Shown: positions 44,993-55,570 of the stretch, in pieces
Numbering within the stretch: position 1 is the first letter of the stretch
Layout of the letters: every line of letters begins with the position of its first letter
IMG/VR virus record: IMGVR_UViG_3300025112_005926
Length of the DNA stretch: 64,000 nt
From: an uncultured virus (IMG/VR IMGVR_UViG_3300025112_005926)
Taxonomy: Duplodnaviria; Heunggongvirae; Uroviricota; Caudoviricetes
Direction: 5' to 3' (one strand)
Made by a program: the position numbers and the translations under genes
The notes under the pieces: model-generated
What the model was told of the DNA's origin: nothing
The model's input: only the letters and a program-made list of their open reading frames with translations
The model's database searches: none

Positions 44993-47900
44993 TGGCAGGC
45001 AACGACAATAATTCTACAGATTTTTCATCTTGGCAAGAGATGGCGCTTGAAGAGGTTGACGCTGATGCATGCGGAAATGTATATGAACCTGAACCAGTCG
45101 ACTGTGAGCTTTGTATACCAAATGAAAATGCAATGGTGCCAAACTGGATAACGAGAAGGGAAAATGAGCCATTTAAAAACGAGAGAACATGTGAATATTG
45201 GATTACCATGCGCCATGCGACCGACGACAATGGAGACCCTGTATATTATACTTCCACTGGAGGCTCTGAGCTTGGCACCCGGATGCAGCAATATGTCGAA
45301 CCGGCAGCAAGAAAATTGTTGTCACACTATGGAAAGCTAGAAAGCGACGAAACAGTTGAATTAGTCATGGGCGCAATACAGCCTATTGATTATCATGTGT
45401 CGGAAAGGCCATATGTGAAGATGCGTGTCTTGTGCGCCATTCCAGTTTTGACTCTAGATCAAATCGAAGCAGCGCCGATACCTGCCGGCTCTGCTTTTTC
45501 TGGCGCGACTTATGTCTCCATAGATATGCGCGGCTGGGCAATAGAGGCAACAATAAGAAAAGTAAGGCATTCCCTGAAAGTGTTTAGTAAGTTTCAGGGA
45601 ATCAAATATCAAACCGAGTTGGCATATTTATACTTTGAAAATACCGGTATCCTGCTAAACTTGTCGGATGAGCGAGATAATCTTAAAGAATTCCTGCCCG
45701 CCCTTAAAGACTGGTTGGAGCTTAAAGGATGGTCTGCTCGCCTCTCTATGTTTACGACATCAAAAGAGGCGAACACGGTTGCAATTGGCTTCTCTGATGC
45801 TTTTGAGGTTGAAGAAATAACGGTCACGCCGGCCGGCTGTGAGCCAACAACATATGATGTCCCACAGCTTGAATCTCTCAGGGAAACTTTCCCGTTTAAT
45901 CACCCGACGACGATGGCTCTCGTTGCTGATATATATACGATAGAGGCAGAACTCGAAGCTCGCGAAGGGCCGCCAAACTTTATTGACTTTGCAACCCAGC
46001 ATATATATCCTCCTGTCGCGATCAATTATGGCTCTGGGGATGGAACTCTTTACGAAGGAGACAGCGCACTAAGCTGTTTGGTCGACAGTATCGACGATGG
46101 ATTCTCACAGGAGTTTCTTGGCGAGCTATACAGCATCGGAGATGCTTTGGCGTATGTATGGGATCAGAGTCTGTGTCACGACCCGGATGACCTTTCGAAA
46201 CAGATTGAAGAAATGGAAAAAGCGGCCGCCGGCTCATGGAAAGACCTCCAAGACGGGTATACCCTGTTCCTGGCTACATATCTTAAGAAACAAATGTCAA
46301 TTCTTGAAGAATTTACAGAATTACCTGATTTATATGATCAACTATTTGGAAAACTTAAATGGTGCGGTCTTTTCTCGCTGGCAGGCGAGGCAATGGAGTG
46401 CTTGCTCTCTGGGTTAGATTGGAATGAAGCAGTCGAAGCTATCTGCCGCGCCGCACTGGCAGGCATGAATGTTGATGCTGTCGGTATGCTATATGATAAA
46501 TTAGAGATCGATGTCGCAAACAAAGTAATTGAAAAAGTAATATATCATATGTATCTCAAGCATGGATACGAAGAGGATGAGGCAGCCCAACTCGCCGAAG
46601 CCGAATGGGCGACTTGGGTACCGGGCGAAGCACTAGTTCACCCGGATAAAGAAACTCAAGAGCCGATCAAGTTTAATTTCCCATGGGAAAACTCAGAGGA
46701 AGCAAAAGCTTCAGAGACCGAGAACCCCGCCGCGGCAAACACTGTTCCATCAACATCATCCTCAACATCCCCATCGCCCAATGAGCCCGGCAGCATCGGA
46801 GGGCAGGCTGGTGATGCCATAGAGGTAATTTTGTCGGCTTTTGTTGAGGCGATATTGGAGATATATGCCACAGAAGGCTTTGATTTGCTGCTAGATGTTC
46901 TCAACAAATTACCAGGTGCAGAATTAATTGCCAACATAATTGCGCTTCTTAGTTGCCCCGTTCCTCCGCCGTTTGATCCTCCGCTCTTGGATTTCATGAA
47001 AGGATTCGAAGTAGGGTGGTGTAACGGTCAATGGGAGATGACCTTGCCTAGGCTGGTGAACCCTCTGATCATGTTTCCAAGATATAGAGATATCTGGAAG
47101 CCCATCCTTGAATTGGCGTGGAAAACGCTTGTGGCTCTCGCCGCGCATCTTTTAAAGATGTTGGTAATGAAGATTCTTGAGCTTTTGATGAATGCGCTAT
47201 GCGCCGCGCTTGAACTCGCCGGAAAGCTAGCAGGAGAAGTATTGTCAGACTTGCTCACAGGAACGCCATTAAGCTGGGATGACATCATGAGGGATGCTTT
47301 CTGCGGCCCAGACGCAACTTCAGAAGAGATTGCAACAGCCACAGAACAATTATTGGCAGGCTTGCAAGTTTCAGATCTTTCGGAAGCCGAACAAATGGCT
47401 AACCAAGAAAATATTCAAGCGATGATGATTAATCTTTCTTCCACCCTATCAGATCAGGAATTAGTTGATCTTATCACGGGGAACCCCTCACCCGAAGCGT
47501 TGGCATTGGTTGAAGAAGTTGTCGCGACCGAAAGCCCGGAATTTGCTTCGGCACTAGGAAATAAAGCACAAATAAAATCAGCGTTTGGAAATGTAGGCGC
47601 GATGATGCCCAAGGCTTTTAAAGATGAATTCAAAGTAAAATATTTGCCATCTATCACTGACACTCCATCTTCTCCCTCTCTTTGTGCTTCTGCTGAAGAT
47701 CTGGAAGAGTGGCGCGCCAACCGTGAGGCATTGCTGAAGAATAATGCCGCCCTCGCCGACGATACCATAACGGATGAACAGATCCAGGAACAATTTGATA
47801 AAGTAAGGGCTAAGGCTCTGCAAGATTTTGAAGAGTTGGGAACGATATTGAGCAAAGGAGGCGCCGCATATTTGATGGATAATCTGCCTCCCCTCATGGA

Positions 47901-50900
47901 TACTCCAGGCGCCAGTGACGAGGATCCTGCATGTATTCCTGTGGAACCCCTCCTTCCCATGGTACCTCCACCGCTTCAACAAATATTGGAAGGAATCAAT
48001 AATAAGATCTTTGATTCTTTGTGGGCTGCCCACACTGACGATCTGGTCGGCGAAAAAAGCATATGGGGCTCAGACGAGGGATTCTTAAGCATGCTGTTGT
48101 CTGATACAAATGGAGTTCCATACAACAAGCACCGCGAACGCGTCGGAAATATCTGGTCAGCGAGGTATGTAGACTATCAGGGTCAAAAAGAAGTTTTATG
48201 GTCACCTGGCACAATCAAATATTGGTTGGCGGGAGAAGAGGAGGGCTTCTTTCCAGCACATGTGTCTGACTGGCTCCAGTTGCAATTGTTGAACATTTCA
48301 ATAGATGCATCCACCGGCCAGATTTATACTACAACCATGGAATATGTAGATAGCGTAACCATTCCTGCTCAATATCCGACATTGGATCCATACACCAAAG
48401 AAGAAATAACGGAATGGACATTTCTGGGAGATAAAGAGCCAGATATAGCATTGAGCTTTAGAGACAACAACGCCAGCCATCCTTCTGCTGATTTTAATTA
48501 TGGATTTGATTTAGAATTCTCAAACTTTGTCATGACTGAAGAGCCTCAACTTGGCGCCGCCCAAATCTCGACCGACGATTCTTATCATTTGAAAATAATT
48601 GATGTTTTTAATTTAAATTCAGACCGGGATCCCCAAGAATATACAATCGATGGCGATAAGGTCGAATTGGTCGACAAAGCAGAGGCATCGGGAGATGAAA
48701 ACATTCAAGAAACAGAGGTATTGGAAATACATGGATCCGCATCGATGGATAGTGATGTCTTTGATGCCAAGAGTAAGTTTTCTATCGATGTCTATGGCAC
48801 TGAGGCGCCGCAGGCACAGATTTACAAACAATTCATCGCCGACAAATGGCGCCTCATTGGAGCAGACGATCCGATGGTTGAAAGCATCCAAAGTCAAATT
48901 GGTTCTAGTATATATGATCTTACTATGAATAGGTTTTTCTCTGACTTTTCTAAAAACATAGCAGACAACGAAGATGCATTTTCATATGGATTTGATTCTG
49001 CCGGCGCCTATTCAAAGAAAGACTTCCTTTACTGGGAGGGAGATGTGCCGACAGGTAAACTCGACAAACGCTCAGGCGGAGAGAACTGGAGAGATTACCT
49101 TTATGCCAGCAATGTAACCATTGAAGATGAGGCAGAGGATTTCAAAAAGGTTTGGGATTCTCTCGAAAAAAATCTTTCTGATGGGAGCGCAAAGCGCAAG
49201 GCAATGAAAGCCCGAAAGAAAGGAAATGTATACGGAACGAGCGCAAAAGTCTCATATGATGCTGCCAAAGACGAGATGACAATTCTAGAGGTTCCGCATC
49301 CAAATATTTATTTCTTGGATCCGCAAAAGTATGGAGGCAGAGTTACAAATCCTCCAATGTATGTCGAGCCAGTTACAGGCTCAGGATGGCTTGGAATAGC
49401 TGAAGCACTAGTGCCAGAATATGATGGCTGTGAACCCCGCCGGCAAGACTTAGTTGGATTCAACGACATTAAAGAACTATATCAAGATGTCTTTGATAGT
49501 GTTGCAGATGACGAAAGACTGGCGTTCGACGAAGAGTGCGTTCAGGAGTTTCCTTATGCGCGCATATTTGACAGGTCCGGAGCCGCCGGAACTGAAGCGT
49601 CTGTTATGGCGACAATTAGGATATATGTTGCCGAAGAGATGTTAAAGTCTATGCCAACATTCACCAGGTTCCGGGCGAATATCCCAGAAGTATATGACAG
49701 CCTGTATCTGGATTACATAATTGCCTTGATTGAAGAAGGTGTCAAAGATGGCGGCAGAAAGATAGGCGTATTTTCTGATGAAGGATATTGGTGGGCGTTT
49801 CTAGAACAATGTGTGCAGATATACGGCAGGAGAGTGGAGAAGGGTAAGATTACCCCAGATGCACCAGAACAGGCTGCACTAGATGCCCTGAATGAGTTCC
49901 AAAAGGGATATCACTATCCAACAAAAGATGATGTCAACGCGGCATCTGGTGAAATCGTAATGGGCCACGAGGTGTCGTGGTATACCCCCCTCAAATATTA
50001 CCGGCAGTGGAAGAACGAGGAGGCGATAAAGAATACAAGCTCCCATGCAAAAGTTTTGATGCGAGCACTGGTAAAAGATCAGACAGATAATCTTTCTGAG
50101 AGAATGTATGAGAGCTTGTCAAAAGTTGACATGCAGCCTCTGATCGGCGACTTGGGTAAGTGGTTTATTGGAACAAGTGGATTCGTGATCGGAAGTTCTT
50201 TGGAGGTTGATTTACCATCCGGTGAATTCCCATCCGTTCGTAGTGAGAATTTCCCAGGCGATGTTTTAAACGCTCCTAGCCTAGGCGACTACGGCCCAGA
50301 GATGGAATATGACGACATCAAGGATAAACTAACAACTGGGTTTTTCATACTGGAGAAATATGTCAGAGTCGAAGACAAACATGAATTGGGATTAACAGAT
50401 GCAATTCTTCCGGAAGAGGTGACAGAAAGAGCCAACCACCTTAGAGGCGTAGTGTCGTTTCGTGATTGGAGCAATTATATTATTTTGCTCAAAGATGTGT
50501 ATGGATACGGAGACAAACAGTTGTCTGATTTCTTCGGAGATCTATCTCTTGTATACGCCACCGGAGAGACGGGAGAAGAGACAAGTGTCGCAATCGGCGT
50601 CGAAGGATCAATGGGAATTAGCTACGGTTTGCGCCTAAGCTATGTAATGCCGATAAGCTTCAACCCCGGAGAACTAACTGGACCCATGAAAGATCTTGCA
50701 GAGAAAAGGAAATCATATTACTTCTCAGATCCGGGCTTCGGTATCGCGACATCAGATAATCTGATGTCGGTTAATCAGTCTCTGAATGGCGATGACGATG
50801 GAGGTGGCGGCGCCCAATTGATTGCCACCATGGGCGGAGACGAAATGGATCCGGAAGATGCGCTGCATAATTGGCTTAACCTAGGCGGCCCCTTGTATGT

Positions 50901-51660
50901 CACGCCACTTGCAAGCGCCGAAAAAGAAGTGATTGATAATACAATTGGAGAATATAGAGATGTTGTTCCTCTGCCAGATTTTGATTCTTCAAAAGAATAT
51001 GATTTAGAATGCTTGGCTTCTGAACTAGTGGAATCCACAGACTTTAAGATGTTGTTCCGATACATCTTCCCATTGCCTAGGTTGCTATCATTGATGGCGA
51101 TATATAGTTCTAAGGGATTTCTGGCATCAGTGGGAGAAAATACAAAGGATCCGCCGGGAGATGTGACACTTCCCGCAGTTCCAACATCCTGGTCAGTTCT
51201 CTCTGGTTCCATTACAGATGCTCAGACATGGAACTCTTATGGCGAGAGGGAACACTCCGGCATTGATAGTTGGGATAGGGGAGATCTTTTTAAGAAATCC
51301 AAAAAACAGTCAAGAAAGCTATTCCAGTTTTATTGGAACTCTAGAGACTTTACTTATCAGGATGATTCAGATCCCAAATCAGACTTTCTTAATGCGCTCA
51401 AGGGTTTGTTTGGTCAGTTCGATCCATCCGGATGGATTCCGTGGTGGAAATTCCCATCGGTTAGGAATAGACCATTCAACATGCATGGAGACGAATGCCC
51501 AGGCTTCCTGGATACTATGATTTCTGACTTGGAAAAAGAAGGATACACCAAAGAAGAGATCGCCGAATATCCATTCGAAGTCTCTCTCTCCGAACAACAG
51601 GGCTCTACATGGGATGTTACTGTTGACAGGGAAGGCTTTATGATGACCGGTTCGAAATGA
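44992..51660 (+). CDS. Giant 2,222-aa acidic protein in the baseplate module (probable virion structural protein)
   Basis: Long uninterrupted ORF between the spike and gp25 genes; TAATG overlap at 44992; no recognisable catalytic motif. Confidence 0.6.
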   Translation: MAGNDNNSTDFSSWQEMALEEVDADACGNVYEPEPVDCELCIPNENAMVPNWITRRENEPFKNERTCEYWITMRHATDDNGDPVYYTSTGGSELGTRMQQYVEPAARKLLSHYGKLESDETVELVMGAIQPIDYHVSERPYVKMRVLCAIPVLTLDQIEAAPIPAGSAFSGATYVSIDMRGWAIEATIRKVRHSLKVFSKFQGIKYQTELAYLYFENTGILLNLSDERDNLKEFLPALKDWLELKGWSARLSMFTTSKEANTVAIGFSDAFEVEEITVTPAGCEPTTYDVPQLESLRETFPFNHPTTMALVADIYTIEAELEAREGPPNFIDFATQHIYPPVAINYGSGDGTLYEGDSALSCLVDSIDDGFSQEFLGELYSIGDALAYVWDQSLCHDPDDLSKQIEEMEKAAAGSWKDLQDGYTLFLATYLKKQMSILEEFTELPDLYDQLFGKLKWCGLFSLAGEAMECLLSGLDWNEAVEAICRAALAGMNVDAVGMLYDKLEIDVANKVIEKVIYHMYLKHGYEEDEAAQLAEAEWATWVPGEALVHPDKETQEPIKFNFPWENSEEAKASETENPAAANTVPSTSSSTSPSPNEPGSIGGQAGDAIEVILSAFVEAILEIYATEGFDLLLDVLNKLPGAELIANIIALLSCPVPPPFDPPLLDFMKGFEVGWCNGQWEMTLPRLVNPLIMFPRYRDIWKPILELAWKTLVALAAHLLKMLVMKILELLMNALCAALELAGKLAGEVLSDLLTGTPLSWDDIMRDAFCGPDATSEEIATATEQLLAGLQVSDLSEAEQMANQENIQAMMINLSSTLSDQELVDLITGNPSPEALALVEEVVATESPEFASALGNKAQIKSAFGNVGAMMPKAFKDEFKVKYLPSITDTPSSPSLCASAEDLEEWRANREALLKNNAALADDTITDEQIQEQFDKVRAKALQDFEELGTILSKGGAAYLMDNLPPLMDTPGASDEDPACIPVEPLLPMVPPPLQQILEGINNKIFDSLWAAHTDDLVGEKSIWGSDEGFLSMLLSDTNGVPYNKHRERVGNIWSARYVDYQGQKEVLWSPGTIKYWLAGEEEGFFPAHVSDWLQLQLLNISIDASTGQIYTTTMEYVDSVTIPAQYPTLDPYTKEEITEWTFLGDKEPDIALSFRDNNASHPSADFNYGFDLEFSNFVMTEEPQLGAAQISTDDSYHLKIIDVFNLNSDRDPQEYTIDGDKVELVDKAEASGDENIQETEVLEIHGSASMDSDVFDAKSKFSIDVYGTEAPQAQIYKQFIADKWRLIGADDPMVESIQSQIGSSIYDLTMNRFFSDFSKNIADNEDAFSYGFDSAGAYSKKDFLYWEGDVPTGKLDKRSGGENWRDYLYASNVTIEDEAEDFKKVWDSLEKNLSDGSAKRKAMKARKKGNVYGTSAKVSYDAAKDEMTILEVPHPNIYFLDPQKYGGRVTNPPMYVEPVTGSGWLGIAEALVPEYDGCEPRRQDLVGFNDIKELYQDVFDSVADDERLAFDEECVQEFPYARIFDRSGAAGTEASVMATIRIYVAEEMLKSMPTFTRFRANIPEVYDSLYLDYIIALIEEGVKDGGRKIGVFSDEGYWWAFLEQCVQIYGRRVEKGKITPDAPEQAALDALNEFQKGYHYPTKDDVNAASGEIVMGHEVSWYTPLKYYRQWKNEEAIKNTSSHAKVLMRALVKDQTDNLSERMYESLSKVDMQPLIGDLGKWFIGTSGFVIGSSLEVDLPSGEFPSVRSENFPGDVLNAPSLGDYGPEMEYDDIKDKLTTGFFILEKYVRVEDKHELGLTDAILPEEVTERANHLRGVVSFRDWSNYIILLKDVYGYGDKQLSDFFGDLSLVYATGETGEETSVAIGVEGSMGISYGLRLSYVMPISFNPGELTGPMKDLAEKRKSYYFSDPGFGIATSDNLMSVNQSLNGDDDGGGGAQLIATMGGDEMDPEDALHNWLNLGGPLYVTPLASAEKEVIDNTIGEYRDVVPLPDFDSSKEYDLECLASELVESTDFKMLFRYIFPLPRLLSLMAIYSSKGFLASVGENTKDPPGDVTLPAVPTSWSVLSGSITDAQTWNSYGEREHSGIDSWDRGDLFKKSKKQSRKLFQFYWNSRDFTYQDDSDPKSDFLNALKGLFGQFDPSGWIPWWKFPSVRNRPFNMHGDECPGFLDTMISDLEKEGYTKEEIAEYPFEVSLSEQQGSTWDVTVDREGFMMTGSK

Positions 51661-51685
51661 GGGCGTCAAAAAGCTTAAAACGAAC

Positions 51686-51693
51686 CTAATTAT
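51686..51693 (+). promoter_or_regulatory. Candidate late promoter variant CTAATTAT
   Basis: Context TTAAAACGAACCTAATTAT closely matches TTAAAACGAAACTATTTAT at 2042-2060; precedes the gp25 gene. Confidence 0.45.
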
Positions 51694-51708
51694 TGAAGGA
51701 GACAAGAA

Positions 51709-52089
51709 ATGCCGGGATATGGTGCAGCACTACCACTGAGAGCAGGAACTAGGGATGGCATATCTCTGCTTGCTACAGTTGGGGAAACTATTAAGCAAAA
51801 CTTGAAGATGCTGGTGCTAACGAGCCCCGGCGAAAGAATGTGGGATCCTAACTTTGGGGTTGGGATGAAAAACTATTTATTTGAGCCGCTTACGACTTCA
51901 ACCATGGGGAAAATAGATGCCAGAATAAGGAGTCAGGTGAAGAAGTATCTGCCATATGTTTTGATCGACTCGATCAGATTCGATAGTTCTTTGACATCTC
52001 CCGACGAATTCAGTAATTATTTGGGTATTGAAATTGTCTATAAAATTAAGGGAATGAGCGGAACAGACATATTAACTGTTGCGTCTTAA
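51709..52089 (+). CDS. Baseplate wedge subunit, gp25/GpW family
   Basis: IKQNLKML.LT.PGER...P.FG.G...YLFE, ....YLPYV.I..I; AAGGAG RBS. Confidence 0.9.
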   Translation: MPGYGAALPLRAGTRDGISLLATVGETIKQNLKMLVLTSPGERMWDPNFGVGMKNYLFEPLTTSTMGKIDARIRSQVKKYLPYVLIDSIRFDSSLTSPDEFSNYLGIEIVYKIKGMSGTDILTVAS

Positions 52090-52102
52090 ATCTCTGTATG
52101 AT

Positions 52103-52111
52103 ACTATTTAT
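52103..52111 (+). promoter_or_regulatory. Candidate late promoter ACTATTTAT
   Basis: Exact intergenic motif 20 nt before the gp6-like start. Confidence 0.6.
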
Positions 52112-52131
52112 ATCTTGAAGAGGGTCTGGGC

Positions 52132-53934
52132 ATGGCAAAAGATGAAAGGCAAATAAGAAAAATAAACTATCTTAGCAGGGATTTTGACTCCATAAAAAAT
52201 GATTTAACGGAGCATGCCAAGAGATATTATCCAGATACCTATCGGGATTTTAACGAATCATCTTTTGGGTCGCTGATGCTTGACACGGTTGCATATGTCG
52301 GCGACATTATGTCATTCTATTTGGATTATTCAGTCAACGAATCTTTTATGGATACTGCTGTTGAATATAATAATGTCATCCGCCATGCTAAATCTATGGG
52401 ATATAAATTCAAAGGGCCCAGTTCGACTCATGGCATAGTTGCTATTTATTGCATTGTTCCTGCTGCCACCGCTGGTATGGGCGCCGACGCTGCTTATGTT
52501 CCTACGCTCAAGAAGGGCGCCAGGTTTACTTCGACTGACGGCGCATCATATTTATTACTTGAGGATGTATACTTTAATCATACCAATAATGAAATGGTTG
52601 CAGCAAAATTTGATACCTCTACTTCGTTGCCAACTCATTATGCAATAAAAACATACGGGAGAGTTGTGTCAGGTCAGCTATTGCAGAAAAATATAGTTGT
52701 TGGAGAATACGAAAAATTTAGAAAAGTAAAACTAGGAGCGGGCAATGTGGCAGAAATCATTTCTGTTTTTGATTCCGATGGTCATGAATATTTTGAAGTT
52801 GATTATTTGTCACAAGATGTGGTATATAAAGACATTGTTAATAAGGATGTCGCGACAGATGATGTCACTTCTATCCTGAAACCCTTTAAGGTTCCCAGGA
52901 GGTTTATTGTCGAAAGAACTACAAATGGAATTCAATTGCAGTTCGGTGCAGGATCCTCTACTGAAATATCCTCTCCATCGGTTGCAGAGCCAACTAATGT
53001 AGTCTTGAATATGTTTGGTAGAAGTTTTGTTGCAGATGAATCTTTTGATCCAAGCAAACTAACAGAAACAGATAAGTTTGGTATTGTTCCTTCCGGAACT
53101 ACCTTGACGATAGTTTATAGAACTACTAGCCAAAACTCTTCTAATGCTTCTGTTGGAACAATAAACAAGGTGAGCGATTCTGTTCTAGAGTTTGATGATC
53201 CTACGGTTTTAGACACAACAAAGAGGAGAAATGTTGAATCTTCTATTGAGGTCTACAACGAGGAGGCAATTGTGGGAAGCGTTTCTATTCCGACAACACA
53301 GGAATTAAAAAGGCGAACTTACGATACTTTTGCAACTCAAAATCGTGCGGTGACAAAGACTGACTACGAAGCTCTCGTTTATTCCATGCATCCAAAGTAT
53401 GGATCGATTAAAAGATGCAACATCATCAGGGATCCCGATTCTCTTAAGAGAAACTTAAATTTATATATTATCGGAGAGAACAGCCAAGGAAAGCTGGCCG
53501 CTGCGAACAGCACAATTAAATCAAACTTAAAGTATTGGCTCAATCAATATAGAATGATTAATGATACGATTGATATTTTGGATGCAAAAATAGTTAATGT
53601 TGGGATCGAATTTCATATAGTCTCCCACCGAGATGCAAACCGGTTTGATGTTCTGCATGCCGCAACTACGGCTCTCAAGAAGAAATTCCCGCAACCATTA
53701 TATATTGGAGAACCAATATACATATCTGATATATATACGACACTAAATAAGGTGGAAAATGTTGTTAGTGTGAAAAAAGTAAAGATTGTCAACAGGCAGG
53801 GAACAAACTATTCTTCGACCAGGTTTGACATTAGAGCAAACACAGGCGCAGATGGAAGCTATGTAAAAGTGCCAGAAAATGTGGTAGTGGAAATTAAGTA
53901 TCCTAGTTTGGATATCAAAGGAACAGTGGAATAA
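52132..53934 (+). CDS. Baseplate wedge protein, T4 gp6/Baseplate-J-like
   Basis: YLSRDF.SIK..L, DFNESS.G...LD..AY..D..SFYLD, QFG.G, QNRAVT..DY. Confidence 0.9.
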   Translation: MAKDERQIRKINYLSRDFDSIKNDLTEHAKRYYPDTYRDFNESSFGSLMLDTVAYVGDIMSFYLDYSVNESFMDTAVEYNNVIRHAKSMGYKFKGPSSTHGIVAIYCIVPAATAGMGADAAYVPTLKKGARFTSTDGASYLLLEDVYFNHTNNEMVAAKFDTSTSLPTHYAIKTYGRVVSGQLLQKNIVVGEYEKFRKVKLGAGNVAEIISVFDSDGHEYFEVDYLSQDVVYKDIVNKDVATDDVTSILKPFKVPRRFIVERTTNGIQLQFGAGSSTEISSPSVAEPTNVVLNMFGRSFVADESFDPSKLTETDKFGIVPSGTTLTIVYRTTSQNSSNASVGTINKVSDSVLEFDDPTVLDTTKRRNVESSIEVYNEEAIVGSVSIPTTQELKRRTYDTFATQNRAVTKTDYEALVYSMHPKYGSIKRCNIIRDPDSLKRNLNLYIIGENSQGKLAAANSTIKSNLKYWLNQYRMINDTIDILDAKIVNVGIEFHIVSHRDANRFDVLHAATTALKKKFPQPLYIGEPIYISDIYTTLNKVENVVSVKKVKIVNRQGTNYSSTRFDIRANTGADGSYVKVPENVVVEIKYPSLDIKGTVE

Positions 53935-55565
53935 TGGGAGTTAAAAGATATTGGGCAACTAAAGATAACACCATAACGAATGCATATAAGTCGAATCTGT
54001 CGACCCGTGGCACTGGCTCGAACATGGGAGCATCCGATATTTTGGAAGTATACTCTATATATGGTCAAGCTGTGACAGCTTCTGCCACTACTGCAATGAG
54101 TAGTTCTGAGCTTTCTAGAATATTGATTGCATTCCCTGCGACCGGAAATTATGCGGGCACCATGGGGTATGACAGGGACCAGGGGTATATACCAGCCAGC
54201 GGCAGTGTAAAATTCTATCTCAAGATGTTCAACGCTGCTCATTCACAAACTACTCCGAGAAACTATACTCTGGAAATTGCGGCAGTATCTTCGTCTGTAT
54301 CAACTTCAGCCGGCGGCTGGTCAGAGGGGTATGGTTTGGATATGGATGAATATGCAGATCTTACTTATGATAAGACTGGCTCTAACTGGAAAAGAGTATC
54401 CTCAGCAACATCTTGGGCAAACGAAGGAGGAGATTGGTATGACCGCATAGGCGCAAAGCTTCAAACCTTACATTACCAAGCGGGGTTCACCACTGGAATA
54501 GAAAATTTGGAAATCGATGTAACTCCTTTAATGGAACAGTGGATTAACAGCACCGGTCACACCGGAGACTCAAAAGATAACCATGGGTTTATGATTAAGC
54601 TGTCTGGAACGATGGAAGCAACCAGTTCTCAGAACCCCACTGGATCCACGAATTCGTTTTATACTAAGAAATTCTTTGGAAGAACTTCGGAGTTTTTCTT
54701 TAAAAGACCGGTCATCGAGGCTCGTTGGGATTCTTCCAAGAAAGACGACAGAGGGAGTTTTTATTACAGCAGTTCTCTTGCGCCTGGCGCAGACAACCTT
54801 AATACATTGTATTTTTATAACTATATAAGAGGGCAATTGAGGAACATACCAGAGATTGGAAAAACCGGCTCTATAATGGTTTCTCTTTATTCTGGATCCG
54901 CTGACAATTCATCTCCTTCCGGATCGGCACTGAATTTGAGCGTTGGAGGTTTGGTCGCCGGCGACACCCTGGCTCCCGAGAGTTTTGCCACCGGTGGCTG
55001 GGTATCTACTGGCATTTATAGTGCATCAATCGCTTTTACTGGCGGTGCTGGCCTAACAAAGGTATGGGATGTTTGGTCAACCGGAGTTTTTCATACTTCT
55101 CCCCCCACACACATGATCACGCAATTCCACACGGGAACAATAATTCCATATCATCTTTCCGCATCGAATTATAACCCTAGTGCTGAATACTCTACTACTA
55201 TCACTAATTTAAGACCATCATACTCTAGAAGAGAAACAGCAAGATTTAGATTGTTTACTCGCGAAAGAGGCTGGAACCCTACTATTTATTCTAGAGCACA
55301 GGCAGCCCCTATGAATCTTTTGATTGATAGCGCTTCATATAGAATTTACCGCGTAACAGATAATTTAGATGTGATTCCATATGGAACAGCTTCTTCTACT
55401 TTGCATACTCAATTGTCGTTCGATGTCTCCGGAAACTATTTCGACTTAGATCTTGAAGCATTGCAATCAGATTATGCATATGGAATTTCTTTCGCCTATT
55501 ATAATGGCGCCGTCGGCGCTTGGGTTGAACAGCCAGAGACATTCAAATTCAGAGTCGATGAGTAG
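53934..55565 (+). CDS. Ser/Thr/Gly-rich virion structural protein (DNRLRE-like N-terminal domain)
   Basis: KDNTI...N.G...ILEV...SRILI.F, W.EG.G, EIDVT....W, NHGF.IK; baseplate context. Confidence 0.6.
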   Translation: MGVKRYWATKDNTITNAYKSNLSTRGTGSNMGASDILEVYSIYGQAVTASATTAMSSSELSRILIAFPATGNYAGTMGYDRDQGYIPASGSVKFYLKMFNAAHSQTTPRNYTLEIAAVSSSVSTSAGGWSEGYGLDMDEYADLTYDKTGSNWKRVSSATSWANEGGDWYDRIGAKLQTLHYQAGFTTGIENLEIDVTPLMEQWINSTGHTGDSKDNHGFMIKLSGTMEATSSQNPTGSTNSFYTKKFFGRTSEFFFKRPVIEARWDSSKKDDRGSFYYSSSLAPGADNLNTLYFYNYIRGQLRNIPEIGKTGSIMVSLYSGSADNSSPSGSALNLSVGGLVAGDTLAPESFATGGWVSTGIYSASIAFTGGAGLTKVWDVWSTGVFHTSPPTHMITQFHTGTIIPYHLSASNYNPSAEYSTTITNLRPSYSRRETARFRLFTRERGWNPTIYSRAQAAPMNLLIDSASYRIYRVTDNLDVIPYGTASSTLHTQLSFDVSGNYFDLDLEALQSDYAYGISFAYYNGAVGAWVEQPETFKFRVDE

Positions 55566-55570
55566 CAAGC

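Noticed and set aside
51872..55289. Intragenic ACTATTTAT copies at 51872 and 55281 as promoters
   Set aside because: They are 250-280 nt from the next start and inside coding sequence, so they could be chance occurrences; not annotated as promoters.
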